NCBI RefSeq assembly: GCF_004010195.1
Contig: NC_057720.1
Span: 24,257,806 to 24,321,805 of the forward strand
Origin: Chiloscyllium plagiosum
Taxonomy: Eukaryota
Length of the DNA stretch: 64,000 nucleotides
Direction of reading: 5' to 3'
The notes under the pieces: generated by a model
What the model saw: only the letters and a program-made list of their open reading frames with translations
Databases searched by the model: none
What the model was told of the DNA's origin: nothing
Part shown: positions 13,185-24,806 of the stretch, piece after piece
How the letters are laid out: each line of letters starts with the position of its first letter
Numbering within the stretch: position 1 is the first letter of the stretch
Translations under genes and position numbers: made by a program

Positions 13185-13287
13185 GGTTACCACACTTTTC
13201 TGCTGGATTATTCCGTTGTTGGGGTAGAGATACTTTCATTTCTCTCCGAGGTCTAATGCTGGTAACGGGACGCTACTTAGAGGCCAG
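13185..13287 (+). CDS. AGL: AGL coding exon
   Basis: ctaag / gtaagg; (G)[33 protein letters not shown], conserved glucosidase-domain motif. Confidence 0.96.
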
Positions 13288-13629
13288 GTAAGGAATTATC
13301 ATATGTAGAATCTGAGAAATGTTGGAGAGATATTTCCGGGCAAATGTGTGTGTGTATGTGCAGTGGCTATTTGGCCCAAAGGGAGTTATTCTATCCATGG
13401 TGTTGTGCCTGTGCAATGTCCACAATGGAACACGCCACACTTCTGTCTTTTTTTGTGCTCTTGGCAAACTTCAATCTCTTTGATTTACATTTGTCTCTAC
13501 ATCCAAATTTTGTTTTCTGAAAATATAGTGAAACTTCACTATATATGTAAGCAACACACTACAGTCCTTTTTAACTAGTGCCTGTTGATTGAGTCTGCAG
13601 ACATCAGAGGAGTGACATTATGATTCTTG

Positions 13630-13789
13630 ATTTGAAGATGCCAGTATTGGATTGGGGTGGACAAAGTTAAAAATCTCACACCACCAGGTTAAAGTCCAAC
13701 AGGTTTATTTTGAAGTACAAGATTTTGGAGTGCTGCTCCTTCGTCAGGTAGCTAGTGTAGCTATAACCTGGTGTTATGTGATTTTTGAT
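13630..13789 (-). mobile_element. Short PLE-derived insertion with partial inverted end
   Basis: 13 bp TSD attatgattcttg (13617-13629, 13790-13802); short inverted arm at the right end; degenerate hammerhead core on minus strand. Confidence 0.7.
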
Positions 13790-13961
13790 ATTATGATTCT
13801 TGCAATGTTTTAAGGTTCTTTGTGCTGCACTTGACTAGAATGAATTTATTGCTGTTGGTGAGTTTGGAGAAAAGGATCTTTAACTCCTGCATTATTAAAT
13901 GAGTACTCCTATTTTTCATTTTGCTCTGATTGAATTTCAATGAAAATTTGTACAACCTTTT

Positions 13962-14296
13962 GGGGCGGCACGGTGGCACAGTGGTTAGCACTGCTGCCTC
14001 ACAGCACCAGAGACCCGGGTTCAATTCCCGACTCAGGCGACTGACTGTGTGGAGTTTGCACATTCTCCCCGTGTCTGCGTGGGTTTCCTCTGGGTGCTCC
14101 GGTTTCCTCCCACAGTCCAAAGATGTGCAGGTCAGGTGAATTGGCCATACTAAATTGCCCGTAGTGTTAGGTAAGGGGTAAATGTAGGGGTATGGGTGGG
14201 TTGCGCTTCGGCGGGGCGGTGTGGACTTGTTGGGCCAAAGGGCCTGTTTCCACACTATAAGTAATCTAATCTAATCTAATCTAATCTAATCTAATC
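13962..14296 (+). mobile_element. HE1-like V-SINE, full length, (AATCT)n tail
   Basis: ggggcggcacggtggcacagtggttagcac head, V-domain, tandem AATCT tail. Confidence 0.93.
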
Positions 14297-15229
14297 TTTT
14301 TTCTGAAACCCAAGAGGATGACATAATAAAAACAAAAGCAGAAGTTTCTGGAAACATTCAGCAAGTGAGGCAGCATCAAGAGAATCAATGTGATGTTATT
14401 TCAAAGTAATGACCCTTTGTCAAAACTTGAAAAGTGCGTAAATGAGCAACTATCATTTTTTTATCAAAGAATTACACTAACAAGAGCTGTGTGTTGCACA
14501 AAAAGCATGTCGCCCCTCTTTAGTCCTAGAAGCGAATGTTGAATTTGTTTGGTGGGTAATCTAAACGAAAAATGGCAGTAAATTCGAGAATAAAGACATG
14601 ATGTGTTAGTTTGTTCAAAATTAAAACTAAAGCAAAAAATGCTATAAAAACTAAGTAGTTCAGGCAGAATCTGTGAAAGACACTGGAGTTAATGGATGGA
14701 ATTTTCCTGGCCCCCAAATGTTGAGTCAGTTAGGAAGATTTGCTAAGATTGAAAAATGAGATCCCTGATGTTGATTAACATAAGTCTGATTTTTCATCGT
14801 AAGGTTTTAATGGCAAGTTGAGAATCTTGCGAGTGAGTAGTGAGTCCTGTTTGCATGCACTAACATTTGATCATGACCATGAGGTATAGGAGCAGACATG
14901 GGCCCTGTTCGGTGTGATATGATGGATCTTATAATCCTCAATTTCACTTTCCTGCCTTATCCCATAACCCTTGATTCCTTTACTGATCAAAAATGTGTTT
15001 CAGCCTTGACTTAACAACCTGGCTTTGATAACCCTCTGTGATAAAGAATTCCAACAATTGACTGCCCTCTAAGAGGTGAAATGTTTCCTCATCTCCGTCC
15101 CAGCTGGCATGCCCATATTATGAGATTATGCTCGCAGATCCTAAATTTTCCCGCGTGAGGAAACAATCTCTGAGCCATTCTGTCAAGAATCATCTATGTT
15201 TCCAGTAAGGTCACAATTTAAGTTGAGAG

Positions 15230-15640
15230 TGCCATATCATAACATAGTTGACTAATTATCTGTGATCATCGGTGCAGCATCTTAGAATTCTGAACCAGCT
15301 CCCTGATAAACTGCCCTTATGCCTATATCCTTGACAAATCTTAATTTTTTGCTTTGTTTCAGGGTCTGGGTGCCTTTAAGGACTAGTACTTAGACACTAA
15401 GGCAAGCCTCTGCAACCACTGCTGGTGACTCTATTATGCTACCCACTGCCTACAGCCAAGTGTAGATACAATACAGTCCAGTATTGTCCTCTACCAGTAC
15501 CATTGTTGAGCAGTAGATAGGCCTCCTGAAGATGAGGTTCTGATGTTTGGATTGGTCTGGGGGAGCCTTGCAGTACACAACAGACAGTGTGGGCTGTATA
15601 ATCCTTGCATTCTGTTCACTCCACAACTGGAGCAATCAAA
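15230..15640 (+). pseudogene. Decayed PIF/Harbinger DDE transposase fragment
   Basis: Reads LIICDHRCSIL and TIVEQ*IGLLKMRF*CLDWSGGALQY...IILAFCSLHN, the C-terminal signature of Harbinger/HARBI1-type transposases, with stops. Confidence 0.75.
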
Positions 15641-17067
15641 AGAGATGGCATGATAGACATTGTAGAATTGGCAGAGCAACAGAATTAGAATTAAGTTTAC
15701 AAAAGAAAAGGAGTACAGTGAAAAGTGTCACCAGCACATGGCGCCATCTTAGCTACATAGTACCTAGGGATAAATCTTGGGTACAAAAAAATAGAGAAAA
15801 TAAAAAGGAAAGGTTAAACTGCATTATGGATTTATAGTAAAAATATAAGTTAGAAAAATAAGAAATAGTAGTCTTTTGAGGAAGACGAGAACATTGATCA
15901 GGAGGAGCATCACCTTCACTGGTAAAGCTGTGTAATGCTGAATGCAAAAAGTCAGACAGGATTTAATTGATGTTCAATTCCAATAGATCTGAGTTGGGGG
16001 AAGTGATCAGTCAATGACTGGAAATTTGTTTGTTCTCAAAAGCAAGCAGCTCCTGTTTAGTCCCAGAAGCAAATGTAGTATTTTTTTTTTGTATGTGATG
16101 AGGTGTTGTGCCAGCACATTTAGGAATGTGAAATTCTACTTCACATGAAGTATCACCTGTGGCACATGGGTGCCTTCAGAAGGTTTATCTTTTTGTTTCC
16201 CTGCCCACCAAATGTACTGTAAAGGACAGTTAGTGGCAGACAGTCAATGACCTGATTCTCAGCTGGTTTTTAAATATGAGACCAGTAGTAGAAATCCCAA
16301 ATGTCCAGCAGCACCAAGTCTGTCTGCCACTGGTGAGTGCAAGATTCTGCGAGATCAGTGCTACAGATGCATATATGATGTGGTGACCAACAAATAATTA
16401 TGTGACAGATCCTACTAGAGTTCACAGAGAGAAACCCTCCATGTAACTCCCCAAATTGATATTTAGCTGAACTTTACTCCAGTATTTAAAGTTGATGATC
16501 TTTCATCACAACTGAAAAAGGTTGGAAATATAGATCTGAATCCTAATAGGGTGTGGGATATCGGCCATGGTGAGAAGTCTAGTGACATTGATATCAACGT
16601 CTTTTATGCTTTGACAAACTGCTTGATGAGTTTCTAGAGTTGCCATTTGAGGATTATTGCTTCTCAAGTGCCTTGTTGACAGCTCAACTCACCTTATTAA
16701 TATTCAGCCTTCTATCTTATCAGACTAGTTTCAGGTGGAGAAGCTTGACATGGAAACCAGAGCAGTTACCCGGTGAGTTCAGTTCACTGCTTGCTCTGGA
16801 CAAAGTCCATGTTGGACATCAGCATCTCAGAGCACACTTCATGGGCATCAGTCACATCCACTCAATGTCCATAGACATTCGCATCTGATATATTCCAATC
16901 TCTTAAGAACTTTCATGGCACACCTTCGATCCACTTGCTGGATGTATCTGATTTTAGTGCTGCTCCAGTAGATGCACATCCAACACCAAGTTGTATGCCT
17001 GAGCTCTCTACTCACTTTCATAGTTCTCAATCACTTTGACCCAACCTGGACGTTCACCATATTCCTA

Positions 17068-17675
17068 TGTTATGGACTAGATCAAACCCCCTCAAAATAT
17101 ATTAAGAAGATAGCCTGGACCCCAACTTCTCTTATTTTTAAAGGCATTGTGTTCTGGATGCAATTTGATTGGTCAACTTTCAAGCTTGAAGCGAAGCACA
17201 CTTTCTTTTTATACTATAGTTAAAATACAAACAAAAGAAAGATGAATTGGAATAACTTAATTCTATTGGAAAACTTAACAGAATAATAGATTATTTAACT
17301 GCTAAACAATAACTGTTCCAATGTAGAAACATCCCATAAACACACATTTAACAATGGCAAATTCAGAACATTTCAGATTGTCCCACATGCAATTCTGGCA
17401 GCACAAACAGAACCCATGCTTTTAGCTGTAAGAGAAAGAGGAATGAAAACTTCCACATCCAGCTTCAAGATCTCAACAGCTACTGAAAGCTAAAACTAAA
17501 ATCCTGGTTCTGTGGGAGCTTGACACCATCCCTTCATGCTACATCTATTATTCCAACCTTTTTAAAAAAAAACAAAGGTAGCTCAAAGCAGATAGTTTGT
17601 CTCCAAGTTTGGAACACTTGCTTTCAAAAGAAACTTGACAGGATCAAATCCTTCTTAAAGGCACACCTCGTAACA
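17068..17675. mobile_element. Solo LTR, Gypsy-like
   Basis: Begins TGTTATG, ends CGTAACA; 4 bp TSD CCTA on both sides; 608 bp, non-coding. Confidence 0.75.
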
Positions 17676-20203
17676 CCTAACTTGCCTCACCTTTTTGCAT
17701 GTGCCCTTCAGCCAGAGATACCAGGCTGCAGTCTTGTCATGCCATTTAGTACAGACACAAAGGAAGGAAGCGTGTCATGGTTGGCAGCAGGTCTCAGTTA
17801 AGTCAGGGAGAATAATCTCTGGCTTCTGCCACAGGAAGTCAGGGGCAGCCCCCAATATCAAGGTAGGGGCTTGGAAATGATCAGCCAGCCACTTGAGGCG
17901 GTCAGTCAGGATGCTTTTCACATAAAGGCTGAAGAGTTAAATTTCAGTTGTCCCACTACCAGTCTTGACTCCCTCTGCCCTATTAGAGGTGCTTTCCTCC
18001 TGGAATAAGAGAGAAGCAGATATTAAGGAAGAAGAAAATGAGTGGGACAGCTATTGCTTGCACTGCAGGTGGGGAGGTGGCCTGTGCAAGTGATTAGGCA
18101 CAGAGGGCAAACTGGGTTAGTGGTGTCCAGAGTTAAGGCGAATGCCAGCAGGTGAATGAAGATGTTTTGTAGGCACTGAGAATGATCGATTGTGAGCATT
18201 GGTGGGAGGTAGATACAGTAGCAGAGATAGTGAGGTATCGGAGAGAGGATGGGTGGCACTTAACCATGGTGGGGTGGAGAATGTCATTGACCTTCTTCCA
18301 AGAGTGATGTTTGAGACTGCCCATACGAGGTAGCAACATCAGACTAAGTGTCTTGGCCTCTACTGCTGGTCTTTGGGGAGGAGGAAGCCCACTTTCAGTA
18401 GGACTTCCTGGTCCATGCCCTCTCAGCAGATTGCTGATTTGATCCTTTCTGCCATGTCGGAACTGTGCAGAACAGTTCTAGATTGACTGTGCTTGTCCAA
18501 GTGCACGATAGGTTTTTCAAGATGGCACAGGCATAAGGGTCAATGATGCATTCTGGAATGCTGAGTGGAGAGTTCTTCCAGGATCAGTGTGTGATAAGAT
18601 AAGGCAGAAATCAGACAGGAAGGGCAGAGTAGAGGAAAGTTTGGTAAGCTGCGATGAGAGCCTACTAGACCTCATGTTGGAAATCCCTCCAAAACAAAAC
18701 TCATGCAACTCAAACCAAAAAGAGCAAGATTCAGCCCAGAGTTTTCAAGTAAGTGGGAGAGGGGATGCACTAACTGATCTATGCAAGTTTTCCAATTTGG
18801 AAACCGATTTAATTTACAACCAATTTAGCCAAGTGTTCTCTTATACACAGTGAAGTAGGAACTTTAAAGCAAGATGCAATTTTAAAAAAAGTGTCTGTTG
18901 TCCTGCAAGTGTAAGAAATGTTAACAGTAGAAAAGGATTCTAATTCTCCCTTGCCCATTCTCTCACAAGAGTTTGAGTGTCTCTGATCATTGAAAGTGAC
19001 CGAATAACACTTCAACCCAGCTTCCTAACTGTTCTGTCTTCAAATAGTTACTATTTTTTCATAGATATTCACATTAGAGATTGCTTTTTTTTTGGATCGA
19101 CCTGTTCATTCAAGGTCAACCCAAGATGGTAAAAGGTAGAGGCTCAAAATACAAAAGCAAGCAAGTGATCAGGAAGCTTTTGAAAACAATGATTCAGCCT
19201 CAGTAGACGTATTGTGAATAATTCTGAAAGAAAAATTTAGGATCAATGTGAAAGGAAGTGTGAAGGTATGATGGTCTTCTGTTATGTGGATTAATTGGTG
19301 AATCTGGGGCCCTGTCCTTGGAGAGGAGATTTGATAGAAATGCTCAAAATCATGAGGTTCGGGGCAGAGTAGATCGAGAGAAACCATTCCCATTTGGGAG
19401 AGGATCAAGAATCTGAGAATGCTGATTAAGGCAATTGGCAAAAGAAGCAGTGACAACATGTGAAAATCTATTTCTCTGCAACAAGTGGTTAGATATGGAA
19501 TGTGCTCCTGAGAATGTAGTGAAGGCATGCTCAGTCTTTGCTTTCAATGAGAATTTATATTCACATGAAGAGGAAAAAAATGCGGAGTTGGGCTATCTGA
19601 GTACCTTTTAGCACAGACACACTGGGCCAAATGTCCTTCCATGCTGTAACCTTCCAATGATTCCATGATTAGAATATTGATTCCATAGAAGTACAAACCT
19701 GTACTGCGAACCACAATGATGGTTAAATAGAAGAGCACAATATTTTGCCCTTTTTCATTTTCTACCTGAGAGCCTGAGAACAGTAGCTTCCTTTTTCCAA
19801 AAAAGAAGTGGTATATAGCCACATCCTAAGAAAAAAATAAAACAAAACACCTGACATTTCAACTTTGTTCTCTCTTCCACACATGCTGCCAGACTGACTG
19901 AGAATTATGCAGTGTTTTCTGCTTTTATTTCTGATTTCCAGTGCTGGCAATACTTGGCTATTTTTTTTAAAAGTGAATGGACTTTAGATATCAAAGCCGT
20001 TTTGTGAGTCTACCATTTTGACCCAAATTTTTTTTCATCTAACAGGTATTGGAGTTTCATGTGATCAAGCCAGTTTGGGTGGTCTGCGTCTCAGATTTCA
20101 TTTGTTTTGCAGTTATTGCTGTTGAATTCATGAAAATTAGTTGTCTTTGTTTCAAAAAAACCTGTACCCCTATCGGTACTAAATATATATAATTTAATTC
20201 CAG

Positions 20204-20429
20204 GAATATAATCCTTGCATTTGCCACTACTCTGCGGCATGGACTAATTCCAAATCTACTTGGTCATGGAATATGTGCTCGATACAATTGTAGAGATGCT
20301 GTCTGGTGGTGGCTGCAGTGTATTCAGGATTACTGTTTGAAGGTTGAGAATGGATTGAAAATTCTCAAATGTCCTATATCTCGACTATATCCTACTGACC
20401 AGTCTCCAGCTCTTGACCTAGGCACTGTG
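20204..20429 (+). CDS. AGL: AGL coding exon
   Basis: ttccag / gtaatt; [43 protein letters not shown]... Confidence 0.97.
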
Positions 20430-22959
20430 GTAATTATTTCCTTCACCTTTAATTATGGCACAAAGTGGCTGGTATAATTGCAACATTTAGGAGGCATTTG
20501 GATGGGTATTTGAATAGGAAGGGCTTGGAGGGATATGGGTCGGATGCTGGCAGGTGGGACTAGATTGTGTTGGGATATCTGGTCAGCATGGACGGGTTGG
20601 ACCAAAGGGTCTGTTTCCATGCTGTACATCTCAATGACTCTATGACTGTATAAATGCACTACTCTGCTGGTGTAGCATTGGTACTTCAAGATATTTGTCA
20701 GATTTAAAAAGTTCTTTAGATCATTCTGATTAGTTTATTTTGATAGCACAGGCCTAATTAAAAGACCCCTTCAAACTGTATAGTTCAATTGTTCCAAATT
20801 TGGCAGAGTATCCCATCAGGCAAGGCTAAGGCACTAAGTAATGAATAATATCAAATTTTGTTAAATATAATTAAATAATACAACTTATTTAACAACTGAA
20901 GACTATTTAAGCAACTAACAAAAAGAATCATGTTATGCTTACCAAGAATGCAAGACAAATTATAAGACAAACTTCGGTATTAGATTCAAAACCAAACTCT
21001 CAGAAAGGAATTCTTTCTTTCCTCAAGAACAAAATAGTTTTTTTCAACACTGATAATTGTCTCCAGAAACTTTTAGATCTATCTAAATTCCCAGATTAAC
21101 ATAAGCTACATGTCATTGCCACTCAGTTTACTTGGAGAGCTTCTCTGAAAACATGGTGTCTAAAGGCCTCATTTTACAGTCCCTTTAGGATAATGTCACT
21201 GTCCCACTAATCCAGAAGCACAGACTCACACTCTAGGAATGTAAATTCAAACCCACCATGGCAGCTGGTGAAATTTAAATTCAGTTAATAATTCTGGAAC
21301 AAAAAAGCTGTTCTAAGTAATGGTGTCCACGACAACTTATTGTTATTATTGTTTAAACTGCATCTGGTTGTAAATCTGCCATCTTTAGCCAGTCTGACCT
21401 CCATGTGACTCCAGTTCCTCAAAAATGTGATCGGCTGTCTTCTGAAATAATCTAGTAAGCCACTCTGTTCAAGAGCAATTGGAGACATGCAACAAATGCT
21501 GTGCTTGCTAAATTGTACTTGCAACCCAGGTTGGCTTCACCGTCCTCCAACAGTATTTACATACCAAACATAACTCCTTGACCTTGCTTAACTATCCCAA
21601 TTTGTTGTGACCTTGAAGTACAATTAATATTACTATTTTCTACAGATTCAGCTCCCTGTGGTTTACTATTTAAGTCCAGTTCTTGTCTTTAAATTTAATT
21701 TCAGTCAGAGAAATGCCTTGATTTACTTCACAAATAAAGGGTTGAATAGAATAGTACAAAATGCTACCTATTTTGTTTTCTCTTCAGTAGTCTCTGAATA
21801 ATAGCGTGCCTTTCAAACAACAGTGGTGATCTTGTATTGTTGTTGTTGGTACAACAAAAGCTTAAAATATCTGTCCCCTTACCCCTTTCTCACCCTGCCA
21901 ACATACATAAAAACTTACAGGCAACAAAAGCTGTAATTTGTTCTGAGGTCTTTTACTCTGAATAGAAATTGATAGCTTCTGTACTCATTAACCATAAGAA
22001 CAATACATAATAACCATAAGTTGCATAATAAATAACATAGTACTGCCTTAAGACACATTAAATATAGTTCACTCCAACAACTTCATTTGCATAGCACATT
22101 TTAACATGTCTCAAGGCATTTCAGAAATAAATCAACCTATGGTCCACATAGACAGATATTCATGCGGTTAATCAAAACCCCTGGTTGAGGATGAAGGTTC
22201 TAAAGAATCTGTTAAAGAAGGAAAATGGGGGGGGAGAGGGATTCCAAAGCTGTTGATGGATGTAATGAAGTGGGAATAGTTTGTCTTAGAGATATCCCAA
22301 ATGTACATTTGAAAATTCATCTTGGGATCGAATACGACAAGTTACAAGAATTCGTGTGCAGTCTCAGACAATTGCTAGGGAGAAGGACGGAGTCATGGCC
22401 AAGATACTGCAGACAACATTTGTTTTAAATCGTGAGAATAGACAGAAAGGTGTGGGGCCAGGCCATAACTGTTGAGTTGGAGCCATGAGGCAGTTGTGAT
22501 AGAAGAAGGATAAATCAGTGGAGGAAGAAATCAATAGCTTGTACATAGTTCAAGCATTGTTTATCATGTTGGAACTGGTAGAACTCTTCTCTGTAAACTA
22601 AGAAGAGCAGAGCAAGGGCAAGGCCAAATCCTGCTTTGGCCTTTCTGCCTTCGTGAGGCATAGTTTCAGAGGGAGGGGGAGGTTGATTTGCTGTTTCTGA
22701 GTCACCAATTCTCAGTTTGGAAACTACTGCTATGCATAATTTGACATTAAGTAAACTTCTAATGTGTTTATCCTAGTTTTGTGAGCACATCCTCAGGAAG
22801 AAGTCTTCAATTGATTAGATAAGAAGAAATACCTTTAGTTGTCCTATTCACAAAGTCTCAGATCCCCAAAGGTAGCAGTATGGGTACTTGGGTGGGTGGG
22901 GGTAACACTATTTGATTTTCAAGTGCAAAAAAAAGAAAATCTCTAGGGAAGTGGTCTTA

Positions 22960-24272
22960 TTCTGAACAACAGGCAGTGACCAGTGGGGTGCTGCGGGGAT
23001 TGGTTCTCAGACCCCAATTATTCAGAACATATGTTAACTATTTAGATGAGGGAATTAAATGTAATTTCTCAAAACTTGCAGATGATACAAAGCTGGGTGG
23101 AAGGATGAGTTGTAAGGAGGATGCAGAAATGTTGCAGTGTAGTTTGGACAGTCTGAGTGGATGCACAAAAGCATGGTAGATGAGCTAAATCCATTTGTGA
23201 TGGAAGAAGGATAAATCAGTGGGAGAGAAAATCAATAGCTTCTGAATAGTATAATGTGAATAAATGTGAGGTTATCACTTTGGTAGCAAAAATAGGAAGG
23301 CAGATTATTATTTGGCTGTAAATTGAGAGGGGACAATATTCAAAGAGACATGAGTGTCCTTGTGCACCAGTTGCTGAAAATAAATGCATGGGTGTAGTAG
23401 ACAGTAAGGAGAAAGTGAGGTCTGCAGATGCTGGAGATCAAAGTTGAAACTTTATTGCTGGAACAGCACAGCAGGTCAGGCAGCATCCAGGGAACAGGAG
23501 ATTCGACGTTTCGGGCACAGGCCCTTCTTTCCTGAAGAAGGGCCTGTGCCCGAAACGTCGAATCTCCTGTTCCCTGGATGCTGCCTGACCTGCTGTGCTG
23601 TTCCAGCAATAAAGTTTCAACTGTAGTAGACAGTAAAGAAGGCAAACTATGTTGGCCTTCATAGAGACCTGATTTGAGGAGAGGGGCAAGGCTGTCCTGC
23701 TGCAATTATACAGGATCTTTGTGAGATACTACTGCGTGCAGTTGTGGTCTCCTAATCTGAGGAAGGATGCTCTTGCTATAGAGGAACAGCAGCTAAGGTT
23801 TACCAATTTGAGTCTTGGAATGACAGAACTGATAGATGAGGAGAGATTGAGTTGATAGGGATTGTATTTGCTGGGCTTTAGAAGGATGTGGGGAAATCTC
23901 ATAGAAACCTATAAAATTCTAACAGGACTGGACAGGGTTGATGCAGGAAGGATGCTTCTGATGGTGGTAGAATCCAGAACCAGGAATCATAGGTTTATCT
24001 CTTATCCTAAAACTTTTAGGACTAAGCTAAGGAGAAATTTCTTCACCCAGAGAGTGGTGAGCCTGTGGAATGCACGACCACAGAAAGCGGTTGAGGTCAA
24101 AACATTGTGTTTTCAAGAATATAGATTTTCTGGCTAATAGGATCAAGGGATTTGGGGAGAGGGCAGGATTAAGATATTTACTCATTGATGAGCCATTACC
24201 ATGTTGAATGATGGATCAGGCTCAAGGGGTTGAAAGGCCTTTCTAGTCCTATTTTCTATGTTTTTGTGTTTC
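22960..24272 (+). mobile_element. Degenerate CR1 LINE 3' part with nested insertions
   Basis: SKLADDTKLGG RT motif and CR1 C-terminus RRNFFTQRVVSLWN; a related copy lies at ~26270-27045. Confidence 0.85.
23408..23621. mobile_element. Palindromic PLE-derived mini-element with hammerhead motif
   Basis: Perfect 88 bp arms (23442-23529 / 23535-23622); 15 bp TSD tgtagtagacagtaa; ttc CTGAAGA A GGGC ctgt GCCC GAAA CGTC gaa at 23529-23562. Confidence 0.85.
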
Positions 24273-24467
24273 TAATACTGTTCATTTGCCACTGCCACAG
24301 AACTAGGCCACTCATATTTTGATGGGTATTTGTTTAAACCAGAGTCAGGAGTAAAAGTTTAACTAGAAATAACAAAAGAATAATAATCTAAACTAATACG
24401 TTTTTAAAAAGAGAAAAGAACTTGTCCATATTTCAATTAATGCGTTTTGGGATATCCTTCAAACCAG

Positions 24468-24579
24468 GAACAGCCACTGTATGATGTCATTCAAGAGGTC
24501 ATGCAGCGTCATATGGAAGGTGTACAGTTCAGAGAAAGAAATGCTGGACCTCACATGGATCCACACATGAAAGATGAAG
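24468..24579 (+). CDS. AGL: AGL coding exon
   Basis: accag / gtattt; [37 protein letters not shown]. Confidence 0.96.
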
Positions 24580-24670
24580 GTATTTCTGCTATATTTCCAA
24601 TTCTTGCGCATACTATATTGCAAATAATTTGAGACATTACATGTAATGTATTGATTTACTTCCCTTGAAG

Positions 24671-24806
24671 GTTTCAATGTAGCTATAGGAGTGAACCAAG
24701 AAACAGGTTTTGTCTTTGGAGGGCAGCGATACAATTGTGGAACCTGGATGGACAAAATGGGGGAGAGTGAAATAGCTCAAAACAAAGGAATTCCAGCTAC
24801 ACCAAG
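24671..24806 (+). CDS. AGL: AGL coding exon
   Basis: ccttgaag / gtaaaa after a 91 bp intron; (G)[33 protein letters not shown]...GIPATP. Confidence 0.96.

Noticed and set aside
13962..14035. tRNA-like sequence with A and B boxes
   Set aside because: SINE head continuing into the V-domain and tail; present in many copies
14263..14296. (AATCT)n array as CRISPR or telomeric repeat
   Set aside because: SINE 3' tail; no spacers; eukaryotic context
23438..23689. Matching ORFs on both strands (also 62654-62956)
   Set aside because: Artefact of palindromic repeat sequence
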